Assembly: GCA_963734535.1 (NCBI GenBank)
Contig: CAVTHS010000011.1
Location: 4,789-68,788, forward strand
DNA length: 64,000 nucleotides
Direction of reading: 5' to 3'
DNA from: an uncultured Chloroflexia bacterium
GTDB taxonomy: Bacteria; Chloroflexota; Limnocylindria; Limnocylindrales; CSP1-4
Positions 11,312 to 21,181 of the stretch are shown piece by piece. The first letter of the stretch is position 1. Each line of letters begins with the position of its first letter. Below the pieces are notes generated by a model. The model did no database searches and had not been told where the DNA came from. It saw only the letters and a list, made by a program, of their open reading frames with translations. The position numbers and the translations under genes were made by a program.

Positions 11312-12037
11312 GTGAGCTTCCTCCACAAGGCGAAGGTGAAGGCGTCCGAGGTCGCGCGTGATGCCGCCGACGCGTCGACCCGCGCCGCCGGCGCCGTCAC
11401 TGCGAAGGCCCACGACCCGGAGACGCAGGAGAAGCTCAAGAGCGGGCTGGCCACTGCTGGCAGGACGGCCGCCGACGCCTCGACCCGCGCCGCGGACGCG
11501 TCCGCGAAAGCCGCGAGCGCGGCCGTCGCGAAGGTGCAGGACCCTGCAACGCAGGCGCGGGTGAAAGGGGGCATTGCCTCGGCCGGCCGCGGCGCCCGCA
11601 CGATGGTGGAGCGGATCGATCCGGGGATCCTGGCCGAGGTCGTCATCAAGGCGACGGCCCTCCAGGAGCGGGCGAACGCTCGCCTCCGGGCCAAGGGTTC
11701 GATCTACCGGATCGGCGAGATCCAGGTGACCGCCTCGCTGCCCCCGGGCATCTCGTTCTCGATCGAGCGGATCGGTGATTCCGGCCACGAGGACGCCGGC
11801 CACGAGGGCGCCGGCCACGAGGGCGCAGCGAGCGACTCCCTGCGCAGCTCGACCGAGCTGCTGGCCGAGGAGCATGCCGCGGCGGCCGACGCGATCGTCT
11901 CCCTCGACACCCACGAACAGGCCGGCATCGTGGAGGAGATTGCCGCAGCCGAGGCGTCCATGGACGCCGCGGTCGAGGTTCTCGAAGACACGTCCCCGGT
12001 CGCGACTCCGGCCGCCGCCGAATCGCCGGCGCGCTGA
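11312..12037 (+). CDS. hypothetical protein with an internal Ala/Asp-rich duplication
   Basis: GTG 11312 (VSFLHKAKVKASE...). The segment DASTRAAGAVTAKAHDPETQEKLKSG is repeated as DASAKAASAAVAKVQDPATQARVKGG. No family is recognised. Confidence 0.4.
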   Translation: MSFLHKAKVKASEVARDAADASTRAAGAVTAKAHDPETQEKLKSGLATAGRTAADASTRAADASAKAASAAVAKVQDPATQARVKGGIASAGRGARTMVERIDPGILAEVVIKATALQERANARLRAKGSIYRIGEIQVTASLPPGISFSIERIGDSGHEDAGHEGAGHEGAASDSLRSSTELLAEEHAAAADAIVSLDTHEQAGIVEEIAAAEASMDAAVEVLEDTSPVATPAAAESPAR

Positions 12038-12327
12038 GGCCGCTGGATCGCCCTCGTCCCGGCGCTCCACCCTGGCGGGGCCGTGCGTCGCGGCGCCTGC
12101 CGGGCCTCGCAACGGCCTGAGATCGCGGGCAGCTGCCGGTCGGGTGGCCCGCCGTCATGACGGCCGGTCATGACGAGGGAGGACGTCCACCGCACACTAG
12201 CGCCACGCGGGTCACGGAACCCGCGGTATCGCCTACCCGGCGAAGGTTCGGTGCCATGCTCGACATCCGGCTCGTCGATGCTCGGGCGGCCCACGCTGCC
12301 GCCGACGCCGATTCGCGCGCCGGTGCC

Positions 12328-13590
12328 ATGTCGACGGCCACGCCGCTCTTCCGCAACCGCAGCTTCCTGCGCCTGTGGTTCGTCGCTGCCGCGACCCAGG
12401 TGGGCGGCCACATGGCGCTCTACGCCATGACGATCCTGGTCTTCTCCACGACGCGGTCGAACACCGCGGTGAGCGCGCTCCTGATGACCTACATGCTCCC
12501 CCAGGTGCTGCTGTCGCCGTTCGCGGGCGTGATCATCGATCGGGTGGACCTGCGCTGGGCAATGATCGCTCCGAATGCCGTCCGAGCCGCCCTGATGGTC
12601 GGACTCGCCCTGGCGGGCTTCAGCGTCCCGATGCTGTTGCTCCTCAACATCGGGATCAGCCTCACGAGCGTCGTGCTCATGCCCGCCGAGGGATCGATGG
12701 TTCCGCGGGTTGTCCCGGCCGAGCAGCTCGAAACCGCGCTCGGCATCTTCAACCTGACCTTCCAGGCGTCGTTCGCGGTCGGGTTCGCCTTTGCGGGTCC
12801 GCTCCTCGTCGTGGTCTTCGGGCCATCAATCGTCCTGGCAGTTGTCGCCGCCTTCTACGTTGCCGCGACCGCCGTGTGCATGGGCTTGCCACCTGCCGCG
12901 CCCGAGGCGAGACGTGCGGACCACCTGCGACGTTCCGATGCGATCCAGCCCATTCGTGAGCTTCTCGACGGATTTCGCGTGATCCGCGGGAACCTCGAGA
13001 TCGAGCGGCCGATCATCGTGCAGGCCGCAGCGGCGGCTGGGGCCGGCGTCCTCGGTGTGCTGGGTCCGGCGCTGGCGATCTCGATCGGCCTCGAGCCCGC
13101 CCACTTCGCCGTCGTCGTGCTTCCCCTGGGCGTCGGGGTCGTCGTCGGCATCCTGGGGCTGCGCCGGCTGCGGCGCACCTCGCACCGACGGGTCGCGGAG
13201 CTCAGCCTCATGGCGTTCGGCGTGCTTGCCTTCGCGCTGGCCCTGATGGCTGCGATCGGAAGCATGCTGGGCGGGTTCGCCACCTCGGTCCTGCCGTTCG
13301 TGATCGGCGCCGCATTCGCTGCCGGCGCCGCCTACGGGATGACTGCGGTGTCGGCGCAGACGTCGCTCCTCGAAGCGATGCCGTCCGACGTTCGCGGTCG
13401 TGTCTTCGGCGTCCTCGCCTCGATCGTGAGTGCCGTCGCCCTCTTGACCTCCGTGGTCGCCGGCCCCGTGGCCGACCAGGTCTCGGCACCCATCGTCGTC
13501 GCCGCGGTGGGCCTTGCGATCGTGGCGGTCGCGACCTGGCTGACCCGCAGCCCCGGTCCGCGGACGACCCTGCACCAGCCAGCCCCGTGA
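12328..13590 (+). CDS. MFS transporter
   Basis: About 12 hydrophobic segments, an FRNRSFLRLWF start and a DRVDLR loop, as in DUF894/enterobactin-exporter-like MFS proteins. An alternative start lies at 12256. Confidence 0.75.
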   Translation: MSTATPLFRNRSFLRLWFVAAATQVGGHMALYAMTILVFSTTRSNTAVSALLMTYMLPQVLLSPFAGVIIDRVDLRWAMIAPNAVRAALMVGLALAGFSVPMLLLLNIGISLTSVVLMPAEGSMVPRVVPAEQLETALGIFNLTFQASFAVGFAFAGPLLVVVFGPSIVLAVVAAFYVAATAVCMGLPPAAPEARRADHLRRSDAIQPIRELLDGFRVIRGNLEIERPIIVQAAAAAGAGVLGVLGPALAISIGLEPAHFAVVVLPLGVGVVVGILGLRRLRRTSHRRVAELSLMAFGVLAFALALMAAIGSMLGGFATSVLPFVIGAAFAAGAAYGMTAVSAQTSLLEAMPSDVRGRVFGVLASIVSAVALLTSVVAGPVADQVSAPIVVAAVGLAIVAVATWLTRSPGPRTTLHQPAP

Positions 13591-13683
13591 CCCGGGTCCA
13601 GCCGCGACGGTCCCGCTCCTGCGTGGATCGGCCCTGGAGGCTCGTCCCGCGTTCGAGGAAAACGATACGGAACCCCGACGCGC

Positions 13684-14544
13684 TCAGCGCGCCTCGAACG
13701 AGCGCTTCGAAAGCCCGTAGAAGTAGCCCTCGATGGTGAAGTCCGGCGAGTCGTCGGGCTTCGCGACCGCGCCGAGCGTCACGAAGATCGGCGCGAAGTG
13801 CTCGACCGTGGGATGAGCGTACGGCATGCCGGGCGCCTTCTCCCGGAACGCGAAGAGCGTGTCGAGGTCGCCGCGGTTCAGCGCCTCGGTCGCCCACTGG
13901 TCGAAGTCGATCGACCACTGCGGGGCGCCCGGCCTGCCCAGGAAGTAATCGTGGACGAACGGCAGCCCGTGGGTGAGGAACCCGCTGCCGACGATCAGGA
14001 CGCCCTCGTCTCGCAGCGGTGCCAGGCGCCGGCCCACCTCGAAGAGGTGCCGCGGATCCAGGTCCGGCATCGACATCTGGAGAACCGGGATCTGCGCGTC
14101 CGGGTACATCGCCTTGAGGGGCACCCACGCGCCATGGTCGAGCCCGCGCGTCTCGCGATCCAGGACGGGCTCGGTCGCCGGCATCAGGGCCCTCACTCGT
14201 GCCGCGAGGTCCGGCGCCCCGGGCGCGTCGTAGGTCATCCGGTAGTAGTGCTCCGGGAAGCCGTAGAAGTCGTAGACCAGCGGCACGCGCCCGGTGGCGC
14301 TCAGTGCGATCGGCGCGGTCTGCCAGTGCGCGCTCACGATCAGGATGGAGCGTGGTCGCGGAAGCGACGCGCCCCACGCCCCGAGCTGGCCCATCCACGC
14401 GTCGTCCTCGAGGAGCGGCGGCGCTCCGTGCCCGAGGTAGATGGCCGGCATGGGCCCGGCCGCCCGTGCAACGGGCGCGACCGCGCCGGCCGCGGCGACG
14501 GTCGGGGGCGGCGCCTGGATCGAATGCGTGTCCGGCATGCGCAT
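13684..14544 (-). CDS. class III extradiol ring-cleavage dioxygenase (LigB / 4,5-DOPA dioxygenase family)
   Basis: IYLGHGAPP, ILIVSAHW, YDFYGFP, GLDHGAWVPL, LIVGSGFLTHG and YAHPTVEHFAPIF are typical family motifs. Confidence 0.8.
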   Translation of the reverse strand: MRMPDTHSIQAPPPTVAAAGAVAPVARAAGPMPAIYLGHGAPPLLEDDAWMGQLGAWGASLPRPRSILIVSAHWQTAPIALSATGRVPLVYDFYGFPEHYYRMTYDAPGAPDLAARVRALMPATEPVLDRETRGLDHGAWVPLKAMYPDAQIPVLQMSMPDLDPRHLFEVGRRLAPLRDEGVLIVGSGFLTHGLPFVHDYFLGRPGAPQWSIDFDQWATEALNRGDLDTLFAFREKAPGMPYAHPTVEHFAPIFVTLGAVAKPDDSPDFTIEGYFYGLSKRSFEAR

Positions 14545-14817
14545 GAAGCCTACGCCGCCATGGCGCTGGCCGCCCCGCTGACCGAGGACACCGGGGACGG
14601 ACCCGGCAGCCTGCTGATCATCTATCCCCGCCACCGCCGTACCGCCGCCCCACCGCCGCGCCACCGCCGTTCCGAGCTGGCTGACGCGAAGGCCTGAGGC
14701 GCGCGCGACGAAGGCCTGAGGCGGCGGGGCGGCGCCCAATATCGCCCCACCCGATCAGAATCGGTTTTCGCACGCTCGAAGTCGCAGCGAAACCCAGGCG
14801 GATTCAAGCGGTTCGAT

Positions 14818-15377
14818 GCATCACCACGCTCGGGGCGGGTCCATGCGATCGGCTGGCCCGATATCTGCCGCAGGATGGGCGCTGCACACGCCAGCCGTCA
14901 CCCGACGCGAAGGCCTGAGGTGCGCGACGTCGTCACTCCTCGCTGAAGCGCTCCTCCTTCCAGGGGTCGGCGTCGTTGTTGTAGCCGTAGCGCTCCCAGA
15001 AGCCGCGGATGTCGTGGTCCAGGAACTCCAGCGCGCGGACCCATTTCGCGCTCTTCCAGAAGTAGCGCTTGGGGACGACGAGGCGGAGCGGATAGCCGTG
15101 CTCGGGCTCGAGCGGCTGTCCCTCGTACCGGTCCGCCAGCAGAACGTCCGCATCCGCGAGAACCTCGAGCGGCAGGTTGGTGGTATAGCCCTGCTCGCAG
15201 TGGACCAGCACGTGGGTTGCCTCGGGCAGGACCTGGGCCATCTCGAGGATCGCCTGGATCGGCACGCCCTGCCAGGTCGTGTCCAGCTTGGACCAGCGCG
15301 TCACGCAGTGGATGTCGGCCGTTACCGCCGCTCGCGGAAGCGCCAGGAACTGGTCACAGGTGAACGTGAGCGGCGCG
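14818..15377. repeat. direct repeat copy 1 (~560 bp; about 7 mismatches counted by eye against 16668-17227)
   Basis: Constant offset of 1850 nt to copy 2 with no indels. Homology continues in strongly degraded form to about 15540. Confidence 0.9.
14933..15304 (-). pseudogene. decayed duplicate of the sulfite-oxidase-like molybdopterin oxidoreductase gene (C-terminal 123 codons intact, 5' third degraded)
   Basis: The translation is almost identical to residues 79-201 of the 16783-17388 product. Upstream (15305-15540) the homologous sequence carries many substitutions and deletions and has no intact start. Confidence 0.7.
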
Positions 15378-15472
15378 CGACGATGCGGACGTGAGGTCCC
15401 AGGCAGAAGGTGACTTGGACGCTGCGAGTGGAGACCGGGAATTTAGTGAGTACTGCGGCGGGCGCGTGAAGC

Positions 15473-16660
15473 GTGGGGATCTGGCGCGGAAGAGTGCTGA
15501 ACATGTTGTTCTGTAGTGGCGGCATTTGCCCGAGAGATCGCGGGGACGATCGGGTGCTCGGAACGGACGGTCTACGACGTCGTCTCGCGAGCGGGGGGCA
15601 TCGTGCCGGCGGCGTTCCGGAAGCCGCCGAAGCCGCGCTCCCCGCTGCGCCTGCGGCCGGCCGAGCGGGAGGAGATCAGCCGCGGCCTGCGGGTCGGCCT
15701 GTCCCTCCGCCAGATCGCCGCCGGGCTGCACCGGTCGCCCTCGAGGCGTGTCCCGGGAGGTGTCCCGCAACGGCGGCCGCGAGCGGTACCGGGCCGTGCG
15801 GGCGGGCACCGCGCGCCCGGGTCCGAGCCCGACGCCCGAAGACCGCGCGGCTGGCCCGCGACCCGCGCCTGGCCGCCGAGGTCGAGGGCCTCCTGCTGCG
15901 GCGCTGGTCGGCCGCCAGCAGATCGCGCAGCGCTCTTCCGCCTGGACGCATCGCTGACGAGCGGGAGCTGCGGGTGAGCCACGAGACGATCTACCAGGCA
16001 CTCTTCATCCAGAAAAGCCGGGGCGCCCTGCGCCGGGAGCTCGCCGCCTGCCTGCGGACGGGGCGGGCTCGGTCGCCGGGCGCAGGTGCCCGCCATTCGT
16101 GACCGGGGGCGGATGGCCGGCATGGTCCTGCTCAGCGAGCGGCCGGCCGAGGTCGAGGACCGCGCGGTCCCCGGGCACTGGGAGGGCGACCTCCTCGTGG
16201 GCAAGGGCAACCGCAGCGCGATCGCCACCCTCGTGGAGCGCCGGACCCGCTACGTCCTGCTCGCGGCCCTGCCCGCCGGGCGAGCGGCCCCCGAGGTCCG
16301 CGACGCCCTGGCCGAACGGATCGGGACCCTGCCGGCGCACCTCCGCCGCTCGCTCACCTGGGACCGCGGCCACGAGATGGCCGAGCACCAGCGGTTCACC
16401 GTCGACACGGGGGTCGCCGTCTACTTCTGTGACCCCCACAGCCCCTGGCAGCGAGGCACGAACGAGAACACCAACGGCCATGTAATAATACGTCCTGCGC
16501 CAGTACCTCCCGAAGGGCATCGACCTCGCGCCCTTCACCCAGGCGGCGCTCGACGCCATCGCCGCCGAACTCAACGGCCGCCCTCGACAGACCCTCGGCT
16601 GGATGACACCATCTGAGGCGCTCGCCGCGGTGTTGCGATGACCGGTTGAATCCGCCCACG
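15473..16660 (+). mobile_element. IS30-family insertion sequence with a transposase broken by several frame changes and a 13-nt AT-rich insertion
   Basis: IS30 hallmarks are spread over three frames: LRPAEREEISRGLRVGLSLRQIAAGLHRSPS, VSREVSRNGGRERYRA, RRPKTARLA, VSHETIYQALF, VPGHWEGDLLVGKG, TLTWDRGHEMAEH, YFCDPHSPWQRGTNENTNG and LRQYLPKGIDL...LNGRPRQTLGWMTPSEA, with the stop at 16639-16641. CATGTAATAATAC (16489-16501) interrupts NENTNG/VLRQY. Confidence 0.75.
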
Positions 16661-16667
16661 GTTGGCT

Positions 16668-17227
16668 GCATCTCCACGCTCGGGGTGGGTCCATGCGATC
16701 GGCTGGCCCGATATCTGCCGCAGGATGGGCGCTGCACACGCCAGCCGTCCCCCGACGCGAAGGCCTGAGGCGCGCGACGTCGTCACTCCTCGCTGAAGCG
16801 CTCCTCCTTCCAGGGGTCGGCGTCGTTGTTGTAGCCGTAGCGCTCCCAGAAGCCGCGGATGTCGTGGTCCAGGAACTCCAGCGCGCGGACCCATTTCGCG
16901 CTCTTCCAGAAGTAGCGCTTGGGGACGACGAGGCGGAGCGGATAGCCGTGCTCGGGCTCGAGCGGCTGCCCCTCGTACCGGTCCGCCAGCAGAACGTCCG
17001 CATCCGCGAGAACCTCGAGCGGCAGGTTGGTGGTATAGCCCTGCTCGCAGTGGACCAGCACGTGGGTTGCCCCGGGCAGGACCTGGGCCATCTCGAGGAT
17101 CGCCTGGATCGGCACGCCCTGCCAGGTCGTGTCCAGCTTGGACCAGCGCGTCACGCAGTGGATGTCGGCCGTTACCGCCGCTCGCGGAAGCGCCAGGAAC
17201 TGGTCCCAGGTGAACGTGAGCGGCGCC
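16668..17227. repeat. direct repeat copy 2 (partner of 14818-15377)
   Basis: See copy 1. This copy lies inside the intact gene at 16783-17388. Confidence 0.9.
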
Positions 17228-17388
17228 CCCACGAGCCCGTGGACGCGGAGGTCCCAGGCCGCCAGGTCGACCTTCGGGACGCTGCCGTAGTGGAGGACCG
17301 GGAACTTCTCGGTGAGGTACTGCCCCGGCGGGACGCGTGAAGCCGTGGCCGGATCCTGGCCCCGGGCGCCGAAGAGTCGCTCGAACAT
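16783..17388 (-). CDS. sulfite-oxidase-like (SUOX-fold) molybdopterin-dependent oxidoreductase, short form
   Basis: 201 aa. [10 protein letters not shown]..., [43 protein letters not shown] and GFWERYGY are typical of the Mo-cofactor oxidoreductase domain. Confidence 0.8.
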   Translation of the reverse strand: MFERLFGARGQDPATASRVPPGQYLTEKFPVLHYGSVPKVDLAAWDLRVHGLVGAPLTFTWDQFLALPRAAVTADIHCVTRWSKLDTTWQGVPIQAILEMAQVLPGATHVLVHCEQGYTTNLPLEVLADADVLLADRYEGQPLEPEHGYPLRLVVPKRYFWKSAKWVRALEFLDHDIRGFWERYGYNNDADPWKEERFSEE

Positions 17389-17497
17389 GTTGTTCTCCGT
17401 GAGGGTGGCGGCATTCTCGCCGATCGGGGTGGGTGCGGTCCATCGCCGCCCCTGCCCGAATCGTCCACGCGTGCCGCCAAGCCGTTACGCTTCGTCC

Positions 17498-18298
17498 ATG
17501 GAGGAGCAGGACCGCCAGCCGCAGGACGCCGCCGCCCGCGAGGCGATGGCGGGCCACCGCATCGTGATCGTGATGCCCGCCTACAACGCGGCCCGGACCC
17601 TGGAGCGCACCTACGCCGACATCCCCCACGACCTCGTCGAGCGGATCATCCTCGTTGACGACGTGAGTCGCGACGAGACGGTCGACATCGCCAGGCAGCT
17701 CGGCCTGGACGTGATCGTCCACCGTCAGAACCGCGGCTACGGCGGCAACCAGAAGACGTGCTACGACGCGGCCCTGGAGTTGGGTGCCGAGGTCGTGATC
17801 ATGCTGCACCCCGACTACCAGTACGACGCGACCCGGATCCCGGCGCTCGTGGAGCCGATCCTGCGCGGGGACGCGGACCTCATGCTGGGCAGCCGCTTCC
17901 TCGGGGATCCACGAGCCGGCGGGATGCCGACCTGGAAGTTCATCTCCAACCGCTTCCTGACGGCCCTCGAGAACTTCGCCTTCGGGCTGCGGCTCTCGGA
18001 GTACCACACCGGCTTCCGGGCCTACTCACGGCGACTGCTCGAGACGATCCCGTATCACCGCAACTCCGACGACTTCGTGTTCGACCAGGAGCTGGTCTCG
18101 CAGGTCGTCGCGGCGGGGGGATTCCGGATCGGCGAGATCGCCGTCCCGACGCGCTACTTCGAGGAGGCGAGCTCCGTCGGCTTCAGGCGGAGCGTGGTCT
18201 ACGGGCTCTCGACGCTGCGGGTCGTGGCCCGGTTCGTGCTCCACCGGGTCCGCGTCCGACCCTCGCCCAAGCTGACGCCGCGCGCGCCGCGCGACTGA
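17498..18298 (+). CDS. family 2 glycosyltransferase
   Basis: IVIVMPAYNAARTL, ILVDDVSRDET, GYGGNQKTCY and LHPDYQYD follow a GT2 (DPM1-like) pattern. Confidence 0.85.
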   Translation: MEEQDRQPQDAAAREAMAGHRIVIVMPAYNAARTLERTYADIPHDLVERIILVDDVSRDETVDIARQLGLDVIVHRQNRGYGGNQKTCYDAALELGAEVVIMLHPDYQYDATRIPALVEPILRGDADLMLGSRFLGDPRAGGMPTWKFISNRFLTALENFAFGLRLSEYHTGFRAYSRRLLETIPYHRNSDDFVFDQELVSQVVAAGGFRIGEIAVPTRYFEEASSVGFRRSVVYGLSTLRVVARFVLHRVRVRPSPKLTPRAPRD

Positions 18299-18329
18299 AC
18301 CGGCCCGGCGGACGAGGCTGCGCGGGCGG

Positions 18330-19304
18330 ATGCGCCGATCGCTGGTTCGCGGCGGGATCGGGATCGCCATCTCGATCCTCGCGCTCGCGCTCGTGGTTCG
18401 ACAGATCGACGTCGGCGCGGTCGGGCGGGTGCTCGGGGACGCGACCCCGGCGTGGGTGCTCGCCGTCGCGCTGTTCATCGGGATCGACGTGGCGTGCCGG
18501 ACGATCCGATGGCAGGGCCTCCTGGCCCCCATCCAGCCCGTCCGGTTCGTGCCGGTGCTCGGCTATCTGCTGGTCGGTTACCTCGCCAACAACGTCCTGC
18601 CGGCCCGCCTGGGCGAGCTCGTGCGCAGCCACTACCTGGGTGACCGCGAAGGGATGAGCCGCGCCACGACCCTGGGCACGATCGTCGTCGAGCGCGTCGT
18701 CGACACGGTGGTCCTCGTGGCGATCGCGTCGGCGGCGATCCTCCTGCTCCACGTCCGCGGGATCGTGGCGAGCGCCGTGCTCGTGGGTGTGGGCCTCACG
18801 GGGCTGCTCGTCGTGGCGCTCGCCATCGCCCTGGTCGCGCACCGGCTCCCGTACGCGGACCGTGGCCTGGCGGCCGTGGAGCGCTGGCCGTCCGTGATCC
18901 GCCTCGCCGGCCGGCTCCGCGGCGGGCTGGCCGTGGCCGGGCGGCCGCGGACCGTCGCAGTCGCCGTCGGCTGGAGCGTCGTCGCCTGGAGCGCCACCGT
19001 CGTCGCGTTCGCGGCGGCCGGGCAGGCCGTCGGCGTCGAGCTGACCTGGGGGCAGGCTGCCCTCCTGGCCGCCGGCGTCTCCCTGGCGACGGCGATCCCG
19101 GCAGGACCCGGCTACCTCGGGACGTTCGAGCTGGCCGCGGTCCAGGTCGCGGCCGTCTTCGGCGTCGGAGCGGACCCGGCAGTCGCGCTGGCCGTGCTGG
19201 TCCACGTCGTCATCCTGGTCCTGACCTCGGCCGGCGGCGCAGTCGCGCTCCTGCGGCTTGGCTGGCGTCGGGCACCGGCAGGCGCGGCGCCCACGATCCG
19301 GTAG
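18330..19304 (+). CDS. flippase-like / lysylphosphatidylglycerol-synthase TM-region family membrane protein
   Basis: About 8 TM segments, RWQGLL and NNVLPARLGELVRSHY motifs. It is adjacent to the GT2 gene, as is usual for this family. Confidence 0.7.
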   Translation: MRRSLVRGGIGIAISILALALVVRQIDVGAVGRVLGDATPAWVLAVALFIGIDVACRTIRWQGLLAPIQPVRFVPVLGYLLVGYLANNVLPARLGELVRSHYLGDREGMSRATTLGTIVVERVVDTVVLVAIASAAILLLHVRGIVASAVLVGVGLTGLLVVALAIALVAHRLPYADRGLAAVERWPSVIRLAGRLRGGLAVAGRPRTVAVAVGWSVVAWSATVVAFAAAGQAVGVELTWGQAALLAAGVSLATAIPAGPGYLGTFELAAVQVAAVFGVGADPAVALAVLVHVVILVLTSAGGAVALLRLGWRRAPAGAAPTIR

Positions 19305-19419
19305 GCCCGGGCCACTGGCCGGCGCGGCCCACGGTTCGACGGGACCTGGCGTCCGATCCCGGAATCGACGAGCCCGCCGTTTCCGGCGGGCTCGGACGAT
19401 GGACTGGCAGGGCCGGACG

Positions 19420-20328
19420 CTACTTGACCAGGCCAGCCGTCTGGAGCCAGGCCTTCGCCACGGCGCTGATGTCCTTCTTGTCGACCGTGATCTGCTTGCC
19501 CAGGTCGGTCAACGTCGACGTGTCCATCTTCGCCGAGACGTCGTTGAGGATCTTCTCGAAGGCGGTCTTGTCCACCTTGGCGAGGAGATCGTTGCGGACC
19601 AGCGGGGCGATGTTGTCCGCCGGCTGCGTCTGCTTGTCGTCCGTGAGCACGACGAAGCCGTTGACGGCGATGTCGGGCTGGGTCGAGCAGAGCTCTGCCA
19701 CGTCGATCGTCTTGTTTGCCAGGGCCTGCGCCATCGGCGTGTCGCACGCGGCGAGCGGGGTGATGTTCTTGGGGTCGAGACCATAGGCTGACTTGAGGGC
19801 GGCCGCGCAGACGGCGTTCGTCTTGCAGTCGGTCGCGAGGCCCCACTTGAGCTGGTCCTGCACCGCGGTGGTGTCGCTCAGCTTCGCCAGGTTGAACTGG
19901 GTCGCGGTGTCCTTGCGGACCACGAACGCGTTCTGATCGGCGGCCGGGGAGTAGGTCAGGACCGTGATCCCGCCCCCCTTCGTCGCCAGGACCGCCTGGA
20001 GGGCCGTCGCGTTGGCGGCGGGGTCGCCCGTCTGCTTGCCCGGCTCGTAGAATGCCAGGCCGCTCCCGATGTACTCGGGCTTGAGATCGATCTGGCCGCT
20101 CTCGAGCGCCGGGGCGGAGACCTTGCGGGCACCGATCCCGATGCCGGTTCGATCGACCGTGTAGCCGCCGGCCTCGAGGGCCTGCGCATAGATCTCGGCC
20201 ATGAGCTTGGCTTCGTAGAAGCCGTCCGATCCGACCTTCACGGTCGGCTTGCTGCCCCCACCCGTCGAGCAGGCGCTGAGAAGCACCAGTGCCGACGCCC
20301 CGAGGGCGAGCACGCGGGTGAACCGCAT
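19420..20328 (-). CDS. glycine betaine/choline-type ABC transporter substrate-binding lipoprotein
   Basis: AAGGAGG SD. MRFTRVLALGASALVLLSACSTGG is a lipoprotein signal. VKVGSDGFYEAKLMAEIYAQALE and DLKPEYIGSGL follow an OpuCC/OsmF-like pattern. Confidence 0.85.
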   Translation of the reverse strand: MRFTRVLALGASALVLLSACSTGGGSKPTVKVGSDGFYEAKLMAEIYAQALEAGGYTVDRTGIGIGARKVSAPALESGQIDLKPEYIGSGLAFYEPGKQTGDPAANATALQAVLATKGGGITVLTYSPAADQNAFVVRKDTATQFNLAKLSDTTAVQDQLKWGLATDCKTNAVCAAALKSAYGLDPKNITPLAACDTPMAQALANKTIDVAELCSTQPDIAVNGFVVLTDDKQTQPADNIAPLVRNDLLAKVDKTAFEKILNDVSAKMDTSTLTDLGKQITVDKKDISAVAKAWLQTAGLVK

Positions 20329-20443
20329 GGGTCGCCTCCTTGCTGTTTCCCGTGTCTGGCCTGGGTCAGGCCGCATCGGGTCGGCAGACTATATCGGCTC
20401 CGGCCCGAACGCTCCGATTCGGTCTTCGGGGGCCCGCCCGGCC

Positions 20444-21181
20444 CTACGCCCCGCGCACGGGTGGCGGCGGAGTCAGCTCCGGCGCAGGTCGGATCCCGGG
20501 CCCGCGCAGTCCCGGCGACCTGGCGAGGCGTTCGAGGAGCCCTACCGCGACCTCGGTGGCAATCGCGAGCCCCGCCACGAGGACCACGCCGCCGAAGACC
20601 TGGCCGTCGTCGTTCTGGGCGATCCCGTCGACGAGGAAGCGTCCAAGGCCGCCGCTGCCGAAGATCGCCCCGAGCGTCGCCGTCGCCACGATCTGGACCG
20701 CCGCGGATCGAACGCCGCCGAGCACGACGGGGAGCGCCACCGGCAGCTCGATCCCCGCGAGGATCTGGCGCTCGCGCATGCCCATCCCGCGGCCGGCCTC
20801 GACGAGATCCCGGTCCACCTCGGCGATCCCGGTATACGCGTTCACGAGGATCGGCGGGATCGCGAGCACGACCATGGCCACCAGCGTCGGCAGGACCGTC
20901 CCGCCGAGCACCGGGTCCACGAGCACGGTCACCGGGATCGCGATCGCGATGACCGCGAGCGACGGCAGGGAGCGCCCGAGGTTCGCCACGCCCGCCGCCA
21001 CGGCGGCTCCCCGGCCCGTGTGGCCGATCGCCAGGCCCGCCGGCAGCGCGAGCAGCAGCGCGATCGCGAGCGAGATGCTCGCGATCAGCACGTGCTCCAG
21101 GAGCCGGTTCGGGATCCCGCTCTGGCCTGCCCACTGGGCGGGATTCGTGAGCCACGCCGCGGTCTCCGTCACGAGGTTCAT
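20444..21181 (-). CDS. ABC transporter permease (OpuCB/CD type)
   Basis: Six hydrophobic segments and an EAGRGMGMRERQIL EAA-loop. The ATG at 21181 overlaps the upstream stop (ATGA). Confidence 0.85.
   Translation of the reverse strand: MNLVTETAAWLTNPAQWAGQSGIPNRLLEHVLIASISLAIALLLALPAGLAIGHTGRGAAVAAGVANLGRSLPSLAVIAIAIPVTVLVDPVLGGTVLPTLVAMVVLAIPPILVNAYTGIAEVDRDLVEAGRGMGMRERQILAGIELPVALPVVLGGVRSAAVQIVATATLGAIFGSGGLGRFLVDGIAQNDDGQVFGGVVLVAGLAIATEVAVGLLERLARSPGLRGPGIRPAPELTPPPPVRGA

Noticed and set aside
15473-16660. Programmed ribosomal frameshifting as the explanation for the split IS30 transposase
   Set aside because: IS30-family transposases are normally single ORFs without programmed frameshifting. 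Here there are several shifts in both directions plus a 13-nt AT-rich insertion, so decay or sequence error is more likely.
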